From Candidatus Magasanikiibacteriota bacterium (GTDB lineage: Bacteria > Patescibacteriota > Patescibacteriia > Magasanikbacterales > UBA922): a stretch of DNA of 64,000 nt. The stretch is from NCBI GenBank assembly GCA_003482855.1, contig DMXO01000002.1, forward strand, positions 28,060 to 92,059. The letters are read 5' to 3'. The notes beneath the pieces are model-generated. The model saw only the letters and a program-made list of their open reading frames with translations, had not been told where the DNA came from and did no database searches. The translations under genes and the position numbers were made by a program. This document shows positions 32,261 through 42,331 of this stretch, in pieces (the first letter of the stretch is position 1; every line of letters starts with the position of its first letter).

Positions 32261-33802
32261 ATGGCTCTCTATCACACGTACCGTCCACAGACCTTCGCAG
32301 ACATCATCGGACAGGCACATATCACGACAACACTCGAAAATCAGGTAAAGAAAAACAAAACTGCACACGCATATCTCTTTTCAGGACCACGTGGAGTTGG
32401 CAAGACCACAACTGCGCGTATTTTAGCCAAATCTTTGAATTGCCCAAACCGTAAAGATGGTAATTTCGAACCATGCAATGCCTGCAGTTCATGCGATGAA
32501 ATTAGTGCATCACGCTCTATCGATGTGATAGAAATAGATGCTGCGAGCCATACCGGCGTAGACAATGTACGCCAAAATATAATAGAAAATGCCCAATTCA
32601 AACCGACCAAGTCAACATACAAAATTTTCATCATAGATGAGGTCCATATGTTGTCCACAGCCGCCTTCAATGCCCTCTTGAAGACACTCGAAGAACCACC
32701 TACTTTTGTAACGTTTATACTCGCGACCACAGATCCTCACAAACTCCCTCTCACTATCATTTCTCGTTGTCAAAGATTCAATTTTGGCAAGGTTGCAGAT
32801 GATGAAATGAAAAAATATCTAAAAACAATAGCAAAGAAAGAAGATACCAAAATAGATGACGAGGTGATAGATCGAATCGTACGAAAAGGTGAAGGTTGTG
32901 CACGTGACGCCCTGAGTCTCCTCGACCAGATTATGGCAACAGGTGAAAAACATATCACCACAGATACAGCCTCGCTTGTACTACCGGGCACTCACATAGA
33001 AATGCAGATGGAATATGTCGAATATCTGCTAACAAAAAAATTAGAGCCCGCACTATCTTTTGTACATAAGCTCGTGCAAGATGGTGTAAATATTCCGCAT
33101 TTTGCTACAGAGCTTATTGAGTTTGAACGTGTCCTCATGATAGCCACGGTAGATCTGCATCTTGCCGAACACGAACTTGACCTGACCAAAGAAGCAAAAA
33201 AACAACTATCTGAAATGACAAAACTCACCTCGCAAATCGATATGGTTCACCTCCTTGACTTGACTATGAAGCGAGCAAACGAAATTAAGTCATCTCCCTT
33301 GCCCCAGCTCCCTTTGGAAATGCTCACTATAGAATGGTGTGCTAATACAAGCCAGTCACATACACCCCTACAAAACCACGTCGCGGATACAAAACCAAAC
33401 GTGCCAGAGACAAATATACACGAAGTAACAAAGACAACACTCAAAGAAAAGGTAAAGCAGATTGTTTCAAAAAACACTATTACCAAAGCTGATGTCGAAA
33501 CAAAATGGCAGGTATGCATGAATATAGTAGAAAAAGAAACCCCTTCTCTTGCCTTTGTACTCAAAATGGCCCACTTAGACGAGGTAGATGCAAATACTAT
33601 TAAATTTTCAGTTCCCTATACTTTTCACCAAGAAAAATTGATGGACAAACAAATCAAAAATAGATTAGAGACTATATTTACTGATGCGCTTGAAACAAAA
33701 ATGAAAATAGATGTCATAGTACAGGAACAAGCTGAACAAGACCGCCAAAATCAAGAACTTGAAAATCTTGCATCGGCACTAGGTGGTGAGGTCATCAATT
33801 AA
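32261..33802 (+). CDS. dnaX: DNA polymerase III subunit gamma/tau
   Basis: YRPQTF, GPRGVGKTT, EIDAAS, IIDEVHML, SRCQ. Confidence 0.96.
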   Translation: MALYHTYRPQTFADIIGQAHITTTLENQVKKNKTAHAYLFSGPRGVGKTTTARILAKSLNCPNRKDGNFEPCNACSSCDEISASRSIDVIEIDAASHTGVDNVRQNIIENAQFKPTKSTYKIFIIDEVHMLSTAAFNALLKTLEEPPTFVTFILATTDPHKLPLTIISRCQRFNFGKVADDEMKKYLKTIAKKEDTKIDDEVIDRIVRKGEGCARDALSLLDQIMATGEKHITTDTASLVLPGTHIEMQMEYVEYLLTKKLEPALSFVHKLVQDGVNIPHFATELIEFERVLMIATVDLHLAEHELDLTKEAKKQLSEMTKLTSQIDMVHLLDLTMKRANEIKSSPLPQLPLEMLTIEWCANTSQSHTPLQNHVADTKPNVPETNIHEVTKTTLKEKVKQIVSKNTITKADVETKWQVCMNIVEKETPSLAFVLKMAHLDEVDANTIKFSVPYTFHQEKLMDKQIKNRLETIFTDALETKMKIDVIVQEQAEQDRQNQELENLASALGGEVIN

Positions 33803-33830
33803 TGAAACTATGAAGCAATAAACTAGCTAT

Positions 33831-34838
33831 ATGGCACACCTCAAACGATACAAAATTATAGGTATTGTATGCATATTGCATGTACTATTGTTTCCTTCAA
33901 TTTCATACGCAAAAACACAAACACTTCCTGTCCCCTTCTCATCACAAGCACCCGATGACATCTGGACAGAACCATGGAGAAACGCATGTGAAGAAGCTTC
34001 CAGCATGATGGTAGAGCTTTTTTATTTCGGATATAGCAAGAGAACAATAGATATTGAGACAGCAAAAGAAAAAATAAATCAATTGGTAAAATTGGAAAAT
34101 AAACATCTCGGGTTTCACACTGATACGAATGCAAAACAAATAGCAGAAATGATAAATTTGTATTTACCATGGGAAGCTTATACGGTGCCAAATCCAACTC
34201 GTGAACAAATACAATCTGAAATTGATGCGGGACATCCTGTCATCATACCTGTCCATGGTCGTGAACTCAATAACGCACATTACAAAACAGAACAAGTAGA
34301 TTATCATGTACTCGTGATAAGTGGGTATGACGATGAAACAGGAGAATTCATCACCCAAGAACCAGCAACCGACCTCGGTCTTGACTATCGCTATCCATAT
34401 GATACTATTATGACCGCTATACATGATTTCTTGCCACGTGATCGAACATTTGAAGGCGACAAAACAGCCGTATTCACACGAAAAGAAATAATAACTTCAA
34501 AAGATACTGATGGGGACAATGATGGTCTATTGAAAATAGATGAACTAAAACATGGCACTATACTATGGCTTGATGATAGTGATGGAGATGGGTATACTGA
34601 TGGACATGAAGTCAAAAATAACTATTCTCCAATCATAGCAGAAACTGCTCTACCAGATGGGACGCTCATCAAGTCAAAAGACAATCCGGACGTATACATG
34701 ATAGAGCGCGGTACAAAAAGAAAAATAATAAATATGGAAGTATTCATAAACCACGGTTTGATTGGAACAGATATCAGGACTGTAAGCCAAAAATTTATAG
34801 TTTATAAATTGAAAAAAGGAGAAGAAATAAGTAAATAA
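33831..34838 (+). CDS. Exported C39-like peptidase domain protein with Ca-binding repeat
   Basis: VPFSSQAP, ACEEAS, YHVLVISGYD, DSDGDG. Confidence 0.8.
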   Translation: MAHLKRYKIIGIVCILHVLLFPSISYAKTQTLPVPFSSQAPDDIWTEPWRNACEEASSMMVELFYFGYSKRTIDIETAKEKINQLVKLENKHLGFHTDTNAKQIAEMINLYLPWEAYTVPNPTREQIQSEIDAGHPVIIPVHGRELNNAHYKTEQVDYHVLVISGYDDETGEFITQEPATDLGLDYRYPYDTIMTAIHDFLPRDRTFEGDKTAVFTRKEIITSKDTDGDNDGLLKIDELKHGTILWLDDSDGDGYTDGHEVKNNYSPIIAETALPDGTLIKSKDNPDVYMIERGTKRKIINMEVFINHGLIGTDIRTVSQKFIVYKLKKGEEISK

Positions 34839-34841
34839 TAT

Positions 34842-34950
34842 TCGGGGATCGTCCCGCGTAAAGTTCGCTTCGCTCACCACGCGGCAAGAATAGCTCATAG
34901 TACGTTTCTAGTCTTGTCGCGTGGCGGTCGTAGTAGATCGCTTTACGTGA
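34842..34950 (+). mobile_element. Hairpin insertion flanked by a 12-bp duplication of the tRNA-Gln 5' end
   Basis: tcggggatcgtc at 34842 and 34951; intervening 97 nt fold into a long hairpin. Confidence 0.55.
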
Positions 34951-35021
34951 TCGGGGATCGTCTAATGGTAGGACTTTGGGTTCTGGTCCCAACTATCGGG
35001 GTTCAAATCCCTGTCCCCGAG
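34951..35021 (+). tRNA. tRNA-Gln (CTG)
   Basis: Cloverleaf: acceptor TCGGGGA/TCCCCGA, anticodon arm TTGGG-TTCTGGT-CCCAA, T-loop TTCAAAT. Confidence 0.93.
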
Positions 35022-35044
35022 CCCAGTACCGTACGGTACTGGGC
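35021..35044. repeat. Perfect 24-bp palindrome at tRNA 3' end
   Basis: gcccagtaccgtacggtactgggc equals its reverse complement. Confidence 0.9.
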
Positions 35045-35171
35045 GAGCCACCAACGAGTGGTTTGCCTGGTACGTATGAAAGTAAAAACATGGTATATTT
35101 TTACCATGTTTTTAAATTTAAAATTATGTATTACACGTATGTCCTTTTAAGTAAAATAAAAACAAACCTTT

Positions 35172-35669
35172 TCATTCTATTTTCAATATCTTGTATTCTA
35201 CATGTTTACCTGCTATGTCTATACTTACTATATCCCCTATCTGGTGACCAATGAGTGCAGAACCTATGGGAGAATTATGTGAAATGATTCCTTTTTGTGG
35301 ATTGGTCTCAGCAGATCCCAAAATCTGATACATTTTGTCTATACCACCAACAGACACCCTGACCGTATTGCCTACACTCACTCTACCTGCCCCCTTTTCT
35401 GGCTCTATGAGCACAGCATTCCTCAATTGATTTTCCAATTTCAAAATAGTATTGATAATACTTCTCAAACGTCCTTTGGCAAGTTGATACTCTACATTCT
35501 CAGAAAAATCACCAAGCTCAGCAAGTCTACTCACTTCCGCCGCTGCCTGTGGTTGCGTTTTTTTTAATCTTGCTAGTTTTCTTTCTATTTCAACAATCTT
35601 GTCCTTGCTCAAAAAAGGGTCAGGTGTCTGTTTAGCATATTTTCCTAATTTCCTGTATGGTGTTTGCAT
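35172..35669 (-). CDS. greA: Transcription elongation factor GreA family
   Basis: GDFSENVEY, ISHNSPIGSALIG. Confidence 0.9.
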   Translation of the reverse strand: MQTPYRKLGKYAKQTPDPFLSKDKIVEIERKLARLKKTQPQAAAEVSRLAELGDFSENVEYQLAKGRLRSIINTILKLENQLRNAVLIEPEKGAGRVSVGNTVRVSVGGIDKMYQILGSAETNPQKGIISHNSPIGSALIGHQIGDIVSIDIAGKHVEYKILKIE

Positions 35670-35835
35670 AGTGTATTCATCATACCATACTTTATGTGCG
35701 AAAAGAAGGTGTAAAACCTCCGACGACTAAGTCGTGGATTGTACTATCACTGCAAGCAACACAGAAACCATTGATTTACGTGGCACCTTCCTCGCCATTT
35801 CATTTTTTCAGCCAATTATGCTAAGATATGCCCAT

Positions 35836-36675
35836 ATGATTCATACTATTGATGGCAAAGCTATCGCACAAAAACTACTCGATAGCCTCAAAAAACAAAT
35901 TGCCCAACTGCCCACACAGCCGAAACTAGCTGTCGTGTATGTTGGTGATGACAAACCATCACGCACGTATATCAGACGTAAACAACAAGCTGCCGAATAT
36001 GTAGGTATTGATTTTGCATTACACACATTCCCTCCTCACATATCAAAGCAAGATCTGATCCAAAACATCATAACTATTCAAAAAGATAAAAATCTTAGTG
36101 GTGTCATAGTCCAGCTTCCTTTGCCCGAACCACTTTATACCGACGAGGTCTTGAATGCAGTACGTCCAGAGTTCGATGTAGATTGCCTCACTGATACAAA
36201 TATTGGGAAACTCGTTATGAAAACGCACGCTATCACACCACCAACTCCCGAAGCCGTCTGCGTTGTACTCGATGAAATTGCTGTAAATGTTGAAGGGAAA
36301 AATATTACTATCATAGGGGCAGGTGCACTCGTAGGCAAACCACTCTCTGTCATGCTTCTCAACCGCAAAGCAACAGTCACGACATGCAATAGCCGCACGA
36401 AAAATCTAAAAAAACATTGTCGCAAAGCTGATATTATTGTGAGCGCTGTCGGCAAAAAGGATCTGGTACGTGGCAACATGGTCAAAAAAGGCACTATTGT
36501 TATTGATACAGGCATCTCATTTGAAAAAGGGAAAATGTATGGCGATATCAATTTCAAAGAAGTATCAAAAAAAGCAAGCTATGTCACGCCAACTCCGGGT
36601 GGTATAGGGCCTATCACGGTTGCATTATTGCTCAAAAACGTTATACAGTTGTCGTCCCAAAATCTTCAAAATTAA
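35836..36675 (+). CDS. folD: Methylenetetrahydrofolate dehydrogenase/cyclohydrolase
   Basis: IDGKAIA, YIRRK, VQLPLP, DVD, VGKP, TPTPGGIGPITVA. Confidence 0.95.
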   Translation: MIHTIDGKAIAQKLLDSLKKQIAQLPTQPKLAVVYVGDDKPSRTYIRRKQQAAEYVGIDFALHTFPPHISKQDLIQNIITIQKDKNLSGVIVQLPLPEPLYTDEVLNAVRPEFDVDCLTDTNIGKLVMKTHAITPPTPEAVCVVLDEIAVNVEGKNITIIGAGALVGKPLSVMLLNRKATVTTCNSRTKNLKKHCRKADIIVSAVGKKDLVRGNMVKKGTIVIDTGISFEKGKMYGDINFKEVSKKASYVTPTPGGIGPITVALLLKNVIQLSSQNLQN

Positions 36676-36676
36676 T

Positions 36677-38086
36677 ATGTTTGAGGTACACAAAAAATGG
36701 TCTGCAATGCTACACAACCATTCTTTTGTTTATATATTTTTTCTCGGTATCACACTGATAATTTATTTTCCTGTTTTTCAATTTACTTTTTTTCAAGATG
36801 ATTATGTGTGGATCTCACATGCAAAAGATGTGTGGGCAGGCAATGCGCACATAATCACATTGCGCATATCAAATTTTGTCATGCCTACGGTATACGCATA
36901 TTTTGCAATATACGTGAAGTTATTTGGTCTTGCGAGCTCGTGGTATTACTTGGCCAATATACTATTGCACGCTCTCAATGCGCTCCTGATCTACAAAATC
37001 ACACAAAAAATCTTACCTACAAACATAGCATTCCTCTCAAGCATATTATTTCTCGTATTGCGATATCCACTTGAGTCAGTTTCTTGGATCAGCGCGGTCA
37101 CTGTACTTTTGACTACCTGTTTCTTGCTCCTCAGCGGACTGTATTGGCTCACATTTTTGACATCAAAAAATCCAAAACATTATATATTATTTTTATTAGC
37201 ATCCTTCATGCTTGTCTTTACCAAAGAATGGTCAATACTCCTCATTCCTTTCATTATCATGGTACATACTCTCTTTTGCATGCGTACCAATCAACCGATC
37301 TATCACAAAAAATATATACTCTACCTCATTCCCCTAGTTGGAATATTCCTCTCATATGGACTGATAGAACTATCTATCCAGCACAATACAAATGCGCTCA
37401 TTACCAAAGGCTACTATAAGATTGGGTGGCACAGCATCCCCAACATAGTATCGAACATTCTCCTTACATTTGTACCTCTCACCAACCTCGCGCACACTGA
37501 ACCTGTGTGGTGGCTTGCTATGTCTACAATAATTCTAGTTGCAGGATTAGCATCGGGAATTTATATAGTTATCAAGAAAAAAAATCCACTTGTATTCGGA
37601 ATTATATGGATGATAATTTCTTTTTTACCCACTTCTTTTTTCACATGGGATCCATACGTAAGCCGATACGCATATATCCCCGCCATCGGTGCAGCACTAT
37701 GCATTGGATACGGCATTACACTTATACAAAACTCCCTACGCAAGCAGTGGATTACACGAACAGCGATTATCCTCGTGATACTCTACGGTATGATAAATGT
37801 ATTATTTACCTATCGTGTCTTAAATAATTTGTACAAGCCAATACATGAAGAAAATATTCGTTTTGCAAACGCACTATATGAAATAGAAGACAAACTAGAC
37901 AAATCTAATGATTTGGCTATATATTATGATACGCCTCACAAAGCATTTATATTACCAGAAATTTTTCATACGCTCATCAATATACCTACTCACAAAGTCC
38001 ACGTAATACACACAAATGAGGAATGTACGGAATACAACCAATGTTATGCGTGGAATCCAACCAAAAAAATAATAGAACAATTATGA
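36677..38086 (+). CDS. GT-C superfamily membrane glycosyltransferase (PMT/ArnT-like)
   Basis: FFQDD loop, many TMs, TKE, RYAYIP; next to a polyprenol-P sugar synthase. Confidence 0.8.
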   Translation: MFEVHKKWSAMLHNHSFVYIFFLGITLIIYFPVFQFTFFQDDYVWISHAKDVWAGNAHIITLRISNFVMPTVYAYFAIYVKLFGLASSWYYLANILLHALNALLIYKITQKILPTNIAFLSSILFLVLRYPLESVSWISAVTVLLTTCFLLLSGLYWLTFLTSKNPKHYILFLLASFMLVFTKEWSILLIPFIIMVHTLFCMRTNQPIYHKKYILYLIPLVGIFLSYGLIELSIQHNTNALITKGYYKIGWHSIPNIVSNILLTFVPLTNLAHTEPVWWLAMSTIILVAGLASGIYIVIKKKNPLVFGIIWMIISFLPTSFFTWDPYVSRYAYIPAIGAALCIGYGITLIQNSLRKQWITRTAIILVILYGMINVLFTYRVLNNLYKPIHEENIRFANALYEIEDKLDKSNDLAIYYDTPHKAFILPEIFHTLINIPTHKVHVIHTNEECTEYNQCYAWNPTKKIIEQL

Positions 38087-38790
38087 AAACAATCATCGTG
38101 ATACCAACATACAATGAAAAAGAAAATATAGAAAAGTTAATCTCGAAAATTTTTGCATTAGAAATTTGTGATCTTGAAATTTTGATTGTTGATGACAATT
38201 CTCCAGATGGAACTGCTCATATAGTAAGCAATAAACAGACAACAGAAAATAAAATACATCTAATCAAACGTGCTGGTAAACAAGGCCTTGGCTCTGCCTA
38301 TATTGAAGGGTTCAAAAAAGCTTTGGATCTAGGTGCTGATTATATATTTGAGATGGATGCTGATTTTTCTCATGACCCTGACGACATCACCCGCATGCTC
38401 GGAGCAGGAAAAGACGCTGACCTCATCATCGGATCACGAAAGATACAGGGTGGTAAAGTCATCGGATGGGGCTGGACAAGAAAATTCATGAGCAATGGTG
38501 CTATGTGGTTTTCTAGGCTTTTACTTGGCCTCAAACCTCGAGATGTGACTGCGGGATTCAGATGTTTTAGACGTTCAGTGCTTGAGTCTATTGAACTTGA
38601 GACTATAAAAAGCAATGGCTATGCATTTCAAGAAGAATTGCTTTATCGTACACAAAAAGCAGGATTTACTATCAGCGAAATTCCTGTTACTTTTGTAGAT
38701 AGGCAGGAAGGAAAGTCAAAATTGAGCAAAAAAGATATTGCAGAATTTTTCATAGTTATGCTAAAATTACGATTACGGTATAAACCATAA
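38083..38790 (+). CDS. Polyprenol monophosphomannose synthase (GT2)
   Basis: IPTYNE, VDDNSPDGT, MDADFSH, GYAFQEE. Confidence 0.92.
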   Translation: MKTIIVIPTYNEKENIEKLISKIFALEICDLEILIVDDNSPDGTAHIVSNKQTTENKIHLIKRAGKQGLGSAYIEGFKKALDLGADYIFEMDADFSHDPDDITRMLGAGKDADLIIGSRKIQGGKVIGWGWTRKFMSNGAMWFSRLLLGLKPRDVTAGFRCFRRSVLESIELETIKSNGYAFQEELLYRTQKAGFTISEIPVTFVDRQEGKSKLSKKDIAEFFIVMLKLRLRYKP

Positions 38791-38802
38791 TTAACACACA
38801 GT

Positions 38803-39387
38803 ATGGTCACACGAGATAATGGAGATGGCAGACAGGTAGATATGTTTCTAAGACCCGAAGCACCCAAACATACACCATCTCTGGAACAAGAAACATTACC
38901 TTCTGCTGTACACAGAAAACCTGAGGTTAGAGCAAAATTCAAAGAATTGCAAGGTATTTTGGATATGCCCATAGCAAAAATACTTGATCTGATCCCGAGC
39001 ACTGAGATACAACAAATTCCACGGGTTACTCTAGCAAGCATCGGCCTACCACAAGATATCTCTACACAAGAACAACTAGAAAGAGCAAAAGAAGAAGATG
39101 AAGAAAGACCTTATGTTCCAAGACGAACACGACCTAATGCTGAACGGCCACTCGACGCACACAATACCTATGAAATCAGGACTCCTGTCGCTCATGTGCC
39201 AAGTTTAAAAATAATTTATTTTTCACTGAGATCTGTTGATTATGTTGGCGTTGGATATTTTGGCGATGGTGTTGCCCAAGAACTCCATGCATATCCTATA
39301 CGTGGGTCAGGAGAAGCAGGCACTGTACTCACTATACTTGAACAGGCATTCAAAAAAGAAGCTGATAAACAAAGCGACCAATCATAA
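38803..39387 (+). CDS. Hypothetical protein
   Basis: 194-aa ORF followed by terminator 39391-39420. Confidence 0.65.
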   Translation: MVTRDNGDGRQVDMFLRPEAPKHTPSLEQETLPSAVHRKPEVRAKFKELQGILDMPIAKILDLIPSTEIQQIPRVTLASIGLPQDISTQEQLERAKEEDEERPYVPRRTRPNAERPLDAHNTYEIRTPVAHVPSLKIIYFSLRSVDYVGVGYFGDGVAQELHAYPIRGSGEAGTVLTILEQAFKKEADKQSDQS

Positions 39388-39399
39388 CTAAAAATTCCA

Positions 39400-40344
39400 C
39401 TACTTGAGTGGAATTTTTTTGAGGATATTTTTTAATTCTTCCAGTGTACTTATTTTCATCAATTCTTGTCTCAACGCTTTCATACCAGATATGCCCTTGA
39501 AATAATGGGCTAGATGCTTCCTAAATGTAACAAGATTTCCATAGTATTGTTCATGCAGCTTCGCATGTTGCAAAACTACATCAATAATATCTTGAAGTTG
39601 GGGATATTTGGATATTTGGATATTTGGATATTGTTGAAATATCCATGGATTCCCTAGCGATCCACGCCCAATCATGACCCCATCAGCACGAGTGACTTCC
39701 AAACAATGTTTCATATCTTCTCTTGTTACTATATTTCCATTTGCAATGACGGGAATTTTTACTAATTCCTTTACTTTCCCTATCATCTCCCAATTTGCTA
39801 CACCAGAATAACCTTGGGATTTTGTCCTACCATGTATAGAAATAAGATCAGCCCCAGCCTGTTCAAGTTTTGGGGCAAACTCTAATATTTCATCATCTTT
39901 TGACCATCCCAGCCGCGTTTTTATACTCACTGGAACGCCCAAATTTGCGTTTTTGAGAGCTTTTACTATGGCAATGGCTCTATCATGGTCTTTCATGAGA
40001 GCCGCGCCAGAATCGGCCTTCCCTGCAATCTTGGGAACAGGACAACCCATATTCACATCTATACCATCTGGCTTATACTTTGTTACTATAATTTCTGCTG
40101 CCTTTTGTATCCTTTTAGGATCTGCACCAAACAACTGCAAAATAATTAGCCTTTCACCCATATCAAATTCACACATTTTCAATGTTTTTTCATTTCCCCT
40201 TACAATCGCTTCTGCACTTACCATTTCACGAAAAATGACAAAATTATTTCCAGAAACCTCCCGACAAATACGACAAAACGGTCCATCAGTCATATCGGCC
40301 ATAGGGGCAAGAACAATTATCGGTTTTTTGTCAAACCACGTCAT
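39400..40344 (-). CDS. dusB: tRNA-dihydrouridine synthase
   Basis: LAPMADMTD, QLFG, NMGCP, HGRT, NGNI, MIGRG. Confidence 0.92.
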   Translation of the reverse strand: MTWFDKKPIIVLAPMADMTDGPFCRICREVSGNNFVIFREMVSAEAIVRGNEKTLKMCEFDMGERLIILQLFGADPKRIQKAAEIIVTKYKPDGIDVNMGCPVPKIAGKADSGAALMKDHDRAIAIVKALKNANLGVPVSIKTRLGWSKDDEILEFAPKLEQAGADLISIHGRTKSQGYSGVANWEMIGKVKELVKIPVIANGNIVTREDMKHCLEVTRADGVMIGRGSLGNPWIFQQYPNIQISKYPQLQDIIDVVLQHAKLHEQYYGNLVTFRKHLAHYFKGISGMKALRQELMKISTLEELKNILKKIPLK

Positions 40345-41156
40345 AAAGGACTTTTGATCTTTTTTAAATTTGGATTTGTTACATGCGTATATATTTGTGT
40401 TGTTTTTATGCTTGCGTGGCCGAGAAGTTCTTGTACAAAACGCACGTCTACGCCATCTTCCAGCAAATGTGTTGCAAAACTATGTCGGAGCGAATGAAAC
40501 GTTGCTTGTTTTTGTATTCCTATTTTTGCAAGCGCGACTTGAAATATTTTTTGAGGCGTTGCTGATGTTAATTTGCCCCCTCGTTCACTTTCAAAGACAA
40601 AATCCTCTCCTTTTTTACATGCCATAATATCCTTCAGATCTGGAATCAATGATTCTGATAATGTGGTTATCCGATCTTTTCTCCCCTTTCCACCTCGTAT
40701 TGTTATTACTTTTTCAAATATATCAATATCTCGTACACGCAAAGAAATTAATTCACTTACACGGAATCCGGATCCGTATGAAATAGCGAGCATGAGTCTA
40801 TGTTTTTTATTTTTTGGCGCGGAAATAATAGATACTATTTCATTTCTATTCAAAACAACAGGCAATGCTTTGTTCCTTTTTGGCATGCGAAATGGTATGA
40901 AATCCGCACGCTGGTATAATTCTCTATACAAAAAATTAAGTGCATTCGCATACAATGCAACCGTTTGGGGCGCAGAACCGCCATCTTTTTTATTCAATAA
41001 ATATAGCTCTATCTCATCCCGAGAAATATCTTTTGGTGGTTTTCCGAGTGCACGATATATATCCTTATATACATTTGTATATGCCTCTATAGTTCGCGGG
41101 CTATAATTGATTAGCCTCATTTTTTGTGTTACTATATCTATAAGATTTTTTTGCAT
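40341..41156 (-). CDS. Tyrosine recombinase, integron-integrase/XerD-like, lacking the IntI-specific insertion
   Basis: YSPRTIEAY N-domain, LPVVL, YGSGFRVSE, GGKGRKDR, HSLRHSFATHLLE, LLGH..IKTTQIY. Confidence 0.92.
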   Translation of the reverse strand: MQKNLIDIVTQKMRLINYSPRTIEAYTNVYKDIYRALGKPPKDISRDEIELYLLNKKDGGSAPQTVALYANALNFLYRELYQRADFIPFRMPKRNKALPVVLNRNEIVSIISAPKNKKHRLMLAISYGSGFRVSELISLRVRDIDIFEKVITIRGGKGRKDRITTLSESLIPDLKDIMACKKGEDFVFESERGGKLTSATPQKIFQVALAKIGIQKQATFHSLRHSFATHLLEDGVDVRFVQELLGHASIKTTQIYTHVTNPNLKKIKSPL

Positions 41157-41211
41157 ATTCAGACAATAAATATTCAGTATAATATACCAAAATGGACTAT
41201 TATACAAGAAC

Positions 41212-41240
41212 ATTCCGTATAACTGCTAGTTATGTGAAAT
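41212..41240 (+). other. attI-like / dif-like recombination site
   Basis: ATTCCGTATAA-CTGCTAG-TTATGTGAAAT, GTT at 41229, about 55 bp upstream of the recombinase start. Confidence 0.65.
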
Positions 41241-41269
41241 TGTGGCAAAACTTAAATGAAGTAAAGGGT

Positions 41270-42163
41270 ATGTTTAAGAAAAAATATATTTCAACAAAAA
41301 ATAAGTTCACCATCTATACTGAATCAATTGGCAGTCAAAAAAATCCTCCGATAATTTTAATTATGGGAGCATTGAATCAAGGTCTATTTTGGTACGATTC
41401 TTTTTGCAGGTCATTATCAGAGAATAACTATTTTGTGATACGGTTTGATCATCGTGATACGGGATTATCTTCTGTCATCAATTATAAAGAATCACCTTAT
41501 AACTTGAATGATTTAACGGAAGATGTTGTTGATGTAATGAATGCCTACAATATTAATAAAGCGAATTTTGTAGGCTTATCAATGGGTGGTTATATTGCTC
41601 AGTTATTAGGAATCAATTACCCTGAGAAAGTAAATTCTCTAATTTTAATTTCGACGACATCAGATCATCGGCCATATATGGACGCAACAATGGGAATTTA
41701 TAATAACAAATATGATCTGCCATATCCAGAAAAATCATTTCTTAATTTTATTGAAAAAAGTAAAGTTCATCCACCGCAAAATGAATTAGAGATGGAAAAC
41801 TATCAAATTGAAGGCTGGAAAATAACATGTAATAATATCAGTGATGAAGATTTAAGTGAACTTGTCAAACTAGTGAAATTAGCAAATTTAAGAAGCAAAG
41901 ATAAATATTCAGCCTATAATCATGGGCTTGCTGTATTAAACTCAAAAGAAAGAACTCATTTACTAAACAGTGTTAAGGCTCCAACTTTAATCCTTCATGG
42001 AGAAAACGACCCATGTTTTCCTTTGGAGCATGGAAAAATGTTAAACAAATTGATAAAAAATTCAAATTTAGAAATTATTAAAAACATGGGGCATATGTTT
42101 TCTGTAAATGATGCGAGGTATTTATCGAATAAAATAATTAGTTGTATTCAGAAGTGTGTGTAA
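41270..42163 (+). CDS. Alpha/beta hydrolase (cassette 1)
   Basis: RFDHRDTGLS, GLSMGG nucleophile elbow, HGENDP, MGH. Confidence 0.9.
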   Translation: MFKKKYISTKNKFTIYTESIGSQKNPPIILIMGALNQGLFWYDSFCRSLSENNYFVIRFDHRDTGLSSVINYKESPYNLNDLTEDVVDVMNAYNINKANFVGLSMGGYIAQLLGINYPEKVNSLILISTTSDHRPYMDATMGIYNNKYDLPYPEKSFLNFIEKSKVHPPQNELEMENYQIEGWKITCNNISDEDLSELVKLVKLANLRSKDKYSAYNHGLAVLNSKERTHLLNSVKAPTLILHGENDPCFPLEHGKMLNKLIKNSNLEIIKNMGHMFSVNDARYLSNKIISCIQKCV

Positions 42164-42177
42164 TTTGCCACAACTAC

Positions 42178-42318
42178 GCATAACATTGCCCATAAGCTGC
42201 GCTCCGTGCTCACTACGTTGCGCGCGGTGCTCGGGGCTTCGCCCACGTTTTGTTTTGCACCTGCCTGCGACTTTGATCGGCGCAAAACAAAACGTCTCAT
42301 GGGCAAGTATCGTTAAGT
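42178..42318 (+). other. attC-like site 1
   Basis: GCATAAC...GTTAAGT, inner ttgcccat/atgggcaa, perfect 14-bp inner stem 42245-42258/42282-42295. Confidence 0.7.
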
Positions 42319-42331
42319 GAAATAAATTACT

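Noticed and set aside
41212-41240. True chromosomal dif at the replication terminus
   Set aside because: By eye the + strand stays C-rich on both sides and the spacer is 7 bp; not excluded without a computed cumulative GC skew
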